From Methanocaldococcus sp. 28A (GTDB lineage Archaea > AGJL01 > Methanococci > Methanococcales > Methanocaldococcaceae), in the NCBI GenBank assembly GCA_049852185.1, contig CP187540.1: a stretch of 64,000 nucleotides of DNA. One strand, 5' to 3'. Under the pieces are notes generated by a model, which worked only from the letters and a program-made list of their open reading frames with translations, ran no database searches and was not told the origin of the DNA. The first letter of the stretch is position 1; each line of letters begins with the position of its first letter. A program made the translations under genes and the position numbers. Below, one piece after another: positions 62,528 through 64,000 of the stretch.

Positions 62528-63245
62528 TGTTGTATCCCGAAAATATTTCGCACCTATAAGTAATAAAAAAAATAACAACATAAATAAATAACATAAATAA
62601 TATGATAGGAGTAAGACTTGACGATAAAAAGATTAAGAAAATTATTAGATGGAAGGAGAATGGATTTAAAACGAAAGATATTACTAAGAATTTGGGAATA
62701 TCTACTCGTAGAGTTTAGCAGATATGGAAAGAATATCGAGAAACTGAAGAAATCCCAAATATAAAGCGTAGAGGTAGGAAGCCGAAAGAAATTACTCGGG
62801 GAGAGGTAGATATTGGTTTCAAAGCAGTCAATATATATAGGAACAAGCTCAGTTTATTTGGAACACTTTATCGAACTTAGGTATAATATACATAGAACTT
62901 TCATAGGAATAAATAATATTAATGAAATTTGATGCATTTGGCATCATTTTTTCTTTAATTTAATTATATAAAGTGCAAAAGTCTTGCCATAGGAAAAGTT
63001 AAACGGATAAATAAAGAGTTGAATATCGACTAAATAGATTTGATAATTTAGAAGAGTTCATAGTTTGAATGAAATCACTAATATGATTTCATATCTCTCC
63101 GCTACGCTCCAATTGACATAATAAAATAAAACCTCATCGTTCTTTAGATTATAGGACTCCTTACGAGGTTTATTTCAAAAATACCGTTAATAATATTGAG
63201 GAGATTTCATGAATTATAGGTGCGAAATAATTTCAGGATACCACA
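62528..63245 (+). mobile_element. Defective IS481-family element with both ends, internal deletion and a MITE insertion
   Basis: TIRs TGTTGTATCCCGAAAATATTTCGCACCTAT and ATAGGTGCGAAATAATTTCAGGATACCACA; broken transposase ending KPHRSLDYRTPYEVYF. Confidence 0.88.
62893..62986. mobile_element. MITE nested in the IS481 element
   Basis: Degenerate ends TAGAACTTTC ... TGCAAAAGTCTTG, hairpin TGATGCATTTGGCATCA. Confidence 0.78.
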
Positions 63246-63258
63246 CAACCTCATATGA

Positions 63259-63274
63259 CCAAAAGATTTATATA
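63259..63274 (+). promoter_or_regulatory. Candidate BRE/TATA promoter for EF-1alpha
   Basis: CCAAAAGA-TTTATATA about 135 bp upstream of the ATG. Confidence 0.55.
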
Positions 63275-63407
63275 CTCCCTAACTAATACTTATATCACCA
63301 CAAACCACAAATTGTATAATCTAATTTTAATTTTGTTAAGTTAAACTTGACACCATTTTGTCAATATTAAACAAAAATAAAAATTAAAAGAAAATTGGTG
63401 ATGAAAT

Positions 63408-64000
63408 ATGGCAAAGCAAAAACCAGTATTAAACGTAGCATTCATTGGACACGTCGATGCAGGTAAGTCAACAACAGTCGGTAGATTGTTATACGACAGT
63501 GGAGCTATCGACCCACAGTTATTAGAAAAATTGAGAAGAGAAGCTCAAGAGAGAGGTAAGGCAGGATTCGAGTTTGCTTACGTTATGGACAACTTGAAAG
63601 AAGAGAGAGAAAGAGGGGTTACAATTGATGTAGCTCACAAAAAATTCGAAACTCCAAAATATGAAATTACAATCGTTGACTGTCCAGGACACAGAGACTT
63701 CATTAAAAACATGATTACAGGAGCTTCACAGGCTGATGCTGCAATCTTAGTTGTCGATGTTAACGACGCTAAAACAGGAATTCAGCCACAAACAAGAGAG
63801 CACATGTTCTTAGCAAGAACATTAGGTATTAAGCAAATTGCAGTAGCTATCAACAAGATGGATACTGTTAACTACAGCCAAGAAGAATACGAAAAAATGA
63901 AGAAGTTATTATCAGAGCAGTTATTAAAAGTTTTAGGTTACAACCCAGACCAAATTGACTTCATTCCAACAGCTTCATTGAAAGGAGACAACGTCGTTAA
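63408..64000 (+). CDS. tuf: Elongation factor 1-alpha, truncated by window end
   Basis: [50 protein letters not shown]; absent from ORF track because no stop in window. Confidence 0.98.
   Translation, partial: MAKQKPVLNVAFIGHVDAGKSTTVGRLLYDSGAIDPQLLEKLRREAQERGKAGFEFAYVMDNLKEERERGVTIDVAHKKFETPKYEITIVDCPGHRDFIKNMITGASQADAAILVVDVNDAKTGIQPQTREHMFLARTLGIKQIAVAINKMDTVNYSQEEYEKMKKLLSEQLLKVLGYNPDQIDFIPTASLKGDNVV

Noticed and set aside
63151-63165. ATAGGACTCC resembling a MITE end
   Set aside because: It is the coding sequence for YRTP in the IS481 transposase remnant and has no partner TIR

Overview
AT-rich chromosomal window from a hyperthermophilic methanogen, very probably Methanocaldococcus (inferred from methanogenesis markers 8 and 11, bipartite SelU, ribB-ribK-nhaP1-amt/glnK synteny and GGTGA ribosome-binding sites). 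Positions 1-19 kb are housekeeping genes (trpC, rps3ae, rps2, rpl15e, taw2, aspS, pth2, selU halves, ribB, ribK, nhaP1, amt, glnK) interspersed with ~100-bp TAGGACTTT...AAAGTCCTA MITEs and IS debris. Positions ~21.4-62.3 kb are a mosaic surface-glycan island: two flippases, seven glycosyltransferases including two GT9 heptosyltransferase-like genes, a complete ADP-L-glycero-D-manno-heptose pathway (gmhA, hldC, hldA, gmhB, hldD), UDP-GlcA/UDP-xylose, dTDP-rhamnose and dTDP-3-acetamido-3,6-dideoxyhexose pathways, a PAPS-generating module with a sulfotransferase, and secreted proteins including one with CWB2 repeats. The window ends in the 5' part of EF-1alpha. Most notable: the heptose plus sulfation glycan system in an LPS-less archaeon, a GmhB-HEPN fusion next to an MNT, a 505-aa intein in RmlB, a perfect 135-bp in-frame duplication in rps2, an intact IS701-family element whose ends match the MITEs, and a TnpB remnant that keeps its omega-RNA region. 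All family assignments come from motif recognition by eye; no searches were run.
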